A stretch of 64,000 bases of DNA from Marsupella aquatica (Eukaryota; Plantae; Marchantiophyta). Position numbers and translations under genes: made by a program. The notes below the pieces were generated by a model that had not been told where the DNA came from, ran no database searches, and saw only the letters and a list, made by a program, of their open reading frames with translations. Positions 60,891 to 64,000 of the stretch are shown here, one piece after another; within the stretch, counting starts at the first letter, position 1, and every line of letters starts with the position of its first letter. The stretch lies in contig OZ316898.1 of assembly GCA_973895155.1 (NCBI GenBank), forward strand, positions 1,180,751-1,244,750. The letters are read 5' to 3'.

Positions 60891-61192
60891 TCAACTGACT
60901 CGGGGGGTTAACTAAGTGTATATTTTGGGGTACCACGTGTGATCCTAGCCTAATATAAATAGACCTATTTTATAAAAAAAATATCCCAAGAATATTCTCT
61001 ATTTTAATATTAATAACCTATTTTACTTTATAAAAAATATATATTAGAGAATATTCTATGAACATGAGTTTATAATACCTCCTTTTGCCTCCTACGCTTT
61101 TTAAAAATTTAGTTAATTTATATCAAAAATACATATTTTGGATCACACGTGGTTCCTAAGATTTTTGATAGTCAACCCCCCGAGTCAACTGA
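60891..61192. mobile_element. MITE (~300 bp) with ~55-bp imperfect TIRs
   Basis: tgactcggggggtt.acta...accacgtgtgatcc is inverted at 61140-61190; very AT-rich interior; TSD unclear. Confidence 0.75.
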
Positions 61193-61639
61193 TAGCCTAG
61201 TGGCCAAGTGCATTTGGAACTCGACCTCCATGCCTACTTGGCCTTGTCTCGCTCCCGTGGGAACCTGAACGCAATTTGGTTGTTATTTCGACAAGATTTG
61301 GCAAGTGGGCGAGATAGCCCTCACAAACCCCAAGAATTCATGGCGCTCCCAAACCCAGATGAGCTCAAGAAGATGTAGTCCTCTTTGAGAGCTTTCCAAC
61401 ACCCAAGAAGTCCTCCAACGGACTTATCGTTGAAAAGTTATCATCGTTTTCGTTTGGCGTCTCCCTTTGGTGTCACGACCGTTGCAACTCACAACTTGGG
61501 CTCGCCCTTGGCCCCAAGCTAGAGAGACACCATTCCCCTCATATATGCTTCTGGATACCTATCACCCCAAATTTACTTTGGTCCCCAAGCTTTGGCCAAC
61601 TACCTGGACCCCAACCCCCACACATGGGCACACAACTAA

Positions 61640-62135
61640 CTTGTTATGCCCGTAACTTTCTAGTCAGACGTCTATAGACAAAGTGCCTTAACCCGTTGTG
61701 AGTCCGACCTAGTGCTCATACCTAGGCCCTCAGAACCCGTTGTCACTCGGGTGTTCTAGGTGGCCACGCTTGGGTCACGCCATAACTTATGTGTCAAGCG
61801 TCTGTTGTGCATGAAGTAAACTTCGTTAATCTTGGGCCCAAGAGGAGGTCTCACTCAAGTCCTCAAAACTTAAAGTCCGTCCAGGGGTCCAGACGGTCTA
61901 CCTTGAGCCCAGCCCTTTCCCATGACCCGACCAACCCCAAGCTAATCTATTTAAGTACTTAGTGTGCGCCATCAACTTAGCACCTTGCCTTCGCTAGTGC
62001 AACACCTTGTTGCCCACTCGTCTCCCCATACTTAGTCCTCACCGGATGGTCGTTCCGGGGCTTGGACCATAGAGGAGCTTGGCATTGGAGTCAGCGACGC
62101 CGAAGCTAAGTGTTAAGGTAATCGAGTTACGCAAC
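61640..62135. repeat. Dispersed repeat (LTR-like), inverted homologue of 43760-44257
   Basis: Reverse complement aligns colinearly with 43760-44257 by eye. Confidence 0.8.
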
Positions 62136-62800
62136 TGAGATCCAGCTTTTTTGGCTTCTAGGTCTGCTTGCAAAATGCACTTGGGCGTGATTGAACTATG
62201 TCATCTGACTAAAATGCCCTTTTTTCTTCTGACCTTTGATCACCCACAAATAGCCCCTTGCATACACTCATGCACTCTACCTCCCCTCACGCTCCTACTT
62301 TTTGATGTGCAACGTATATAAAAGAAGAGTCCGGTCGAAGTTGTGATGGAAAGTCGTTTCAACCTGTGTGCACTTGCACTTAGCATACAGTATGCTGCCA
62401 CTTTTTGATGGACCCTGTTTTTCGTTATGTCCTGTAGTTTCAGAAGCCGTGCATTGCAAGTTCCCAAAGACTTACACTGCAAGTTCCCGAAGCCACATAG
62501 ACTAGACCGGGGAAGAAGCCCCGTCAACTTCCCAAAGCCACCAAGACCCATTGCCACAAATAAGAATTCTTGAGTTTTCTATGTATGCAACAGTCTGTTG
62601 ACTACCACCCACGACGAGTGAGAACACTTTCACGTTGATTTCACTGATAATCTATGACACAGATTTTCTAGAGGGACATCCTGTTCATAGTTGTATATAA
62701 TGAACGACTCCCAGTGAGTGTTAGTGAAGCACTTCAGTTCACTTCCAGTAATCTTCCCAGCACCCAGAAGGTCCTGTAGTAATTTCGAACAGCAATCACG

Positions 62801-63883
62801 ATGTCTTCGTCGAAAGTCTGGCTCATCACTGGCTGCTCGTCTGGCTTGGGCAATGAGCTAGCGAGAGCTGCTCTTGCTCATGGTGACAAGGTTATTGCAA
62901 CGGCTCGCAGTGTTGCAAAACTCGAGAGCTTGAAGGCTGCGGGCGCTGCGACACTCGCGTTGGACGTTACCGCGGGCGATGCAAATGTTCAGAAGGTCAT
63001 CGATGAGGCGCTGAAAATCTATGGCAGGATTGATATCTTGGTCAACAATGCTGGTTATATCCTGGCTGGAACAATCGAGGAATGCAGGTAGGAGACCACT
63101 CTACTGCAACTACATAATTCCTTTACGTTTTCTACGAAGTTCTGTTATCGGGTTATCTTCAACCACTTACTCATATTGGAGGCTCTGTTTCTAATAAGGA
63201 GGTCTCATCGTGTTTTTTGTGTTCCCGCTCACAGTGATGAAGAGAATTGAATGCTCCATTTCTAACACCAGTTTTCTGACTGGTATCACCTCTGATCTAA
63301 CAGTGACGGAGAAACGAAGGCCCAGTTTGAAACCAATGTCTTCGGGGTACTCACTGTCATTCGGGCTGTCCTACCCCACATGCGTTCTCGCAAAACCGGG
63401 CTCATCGCCAATGTCGGCTCTTCGGTCGGTTGGGTCAGCTATCCCGGGAGCGGTCTCTACAGCTCATCTAAATTCGCGCTGGTTGGAATCACGGAGGCAC
63501 TCCGGCAGGAGGTAGCGCATTTGGGCATCGAGGTCACGCTCATCGAACCGGGCGCATTCCGCACTGATTTGGCCAGCAACCGGCAAACTGCGGCGAAGAA
63601 AATCGAGGACTTCCAGCCCGTCAAGGATCGAGTGATGAAAATGGTCTCTGCCATGATGGGTAAACAACCCGGCGATCCGGAGAAGGGGGCACAGTTGCTT
63701 GTTGAAGTGTTGACGAAGAGTGGCCGCTGCGAGGGTCGGACGCTGCCGTTAAGGCTGCCATTGGGGAGCGATTCGGTACCCATGATCCGAGCAGTTTTGG
63801 AGAAGGAGACGAAGACGCTTGGGGAATGGGCGGACATCGTCAGTACGACGGATCACGACGATGTTGCGCAATCTAAGGCATAA
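62801..63883 (+). CDS. Classical short-chain dehydrogenase/reductase, 2 exons (62801-63087, 63304-63883), ~288 aa
   Basis: WLITGCSSGLG, DILVNNAGY, YSSSK, LIEPGAFRT, QPGDP. Same phase-2 intron position as the SDR at 16231-17739. Confidence 0.93.
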
Positions 63884-64000
63884 GACAAGGGAGATTTATG
63901 TTGCACATGGCGCTTTCTCTTTGACAATGTCTGAAACGTCTCTGACTCCTGTGTGAGACGAGTTAAATAAGAGACCAAATTGGCCAGTTACGCAGACATC

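Noticed and set aside
43760-62135. Giant TIR element bounded by the inverted ~500-bp repeats
   Set aside because: The arms are clearly diverged, no TSD was found, and the sequence looks like a dispersed LTR-type repeat.

Overview
Repeat-rich eukaryotic window from a land plant, probably a non-seed plant such as a liverwort (inference from gene and TE content). Host genes: the 5' end of a BRCT-domain gene at the left edge, two intact one-intron fungal-looking SDR oxidoreductases plus a 3' SDR pseudogene, a tandem pair of 7-exon neprosin (glutamic peptidase) genes, and a 2-exon small secreted SPH/S-protein-like gene. Decayed SCI1-like and MOR1-like fragments are also present. Mobile DNA: two inverted Ty1/Copia elements with matching TSDs (one carrying a nested solo LTR and a MITE), a third Copia remnant, a pogo-type transposon, a tRNA-derived SINE with a 17-bp TSD, several MITEs, and a ~10.7-kb CACTA/EnSpm element. 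The best candidate for an undescribed system is the CACTA. Between the Cys/His first exon and the TnpD body it carries an exon encoding a SET (lysine methyltransferase) domain, which the ORF track misses because of a frameshift, two stops and a MITE insertion. Two phase-0 acceptors suggest exon 1 is spliced alternatively to give either TnpD or a Zn-knuckle-SET protein. A TnpA-like gene is transcribed divergently. This copy is decayed. All family calls come from motif recognition by eye; no searches were run.
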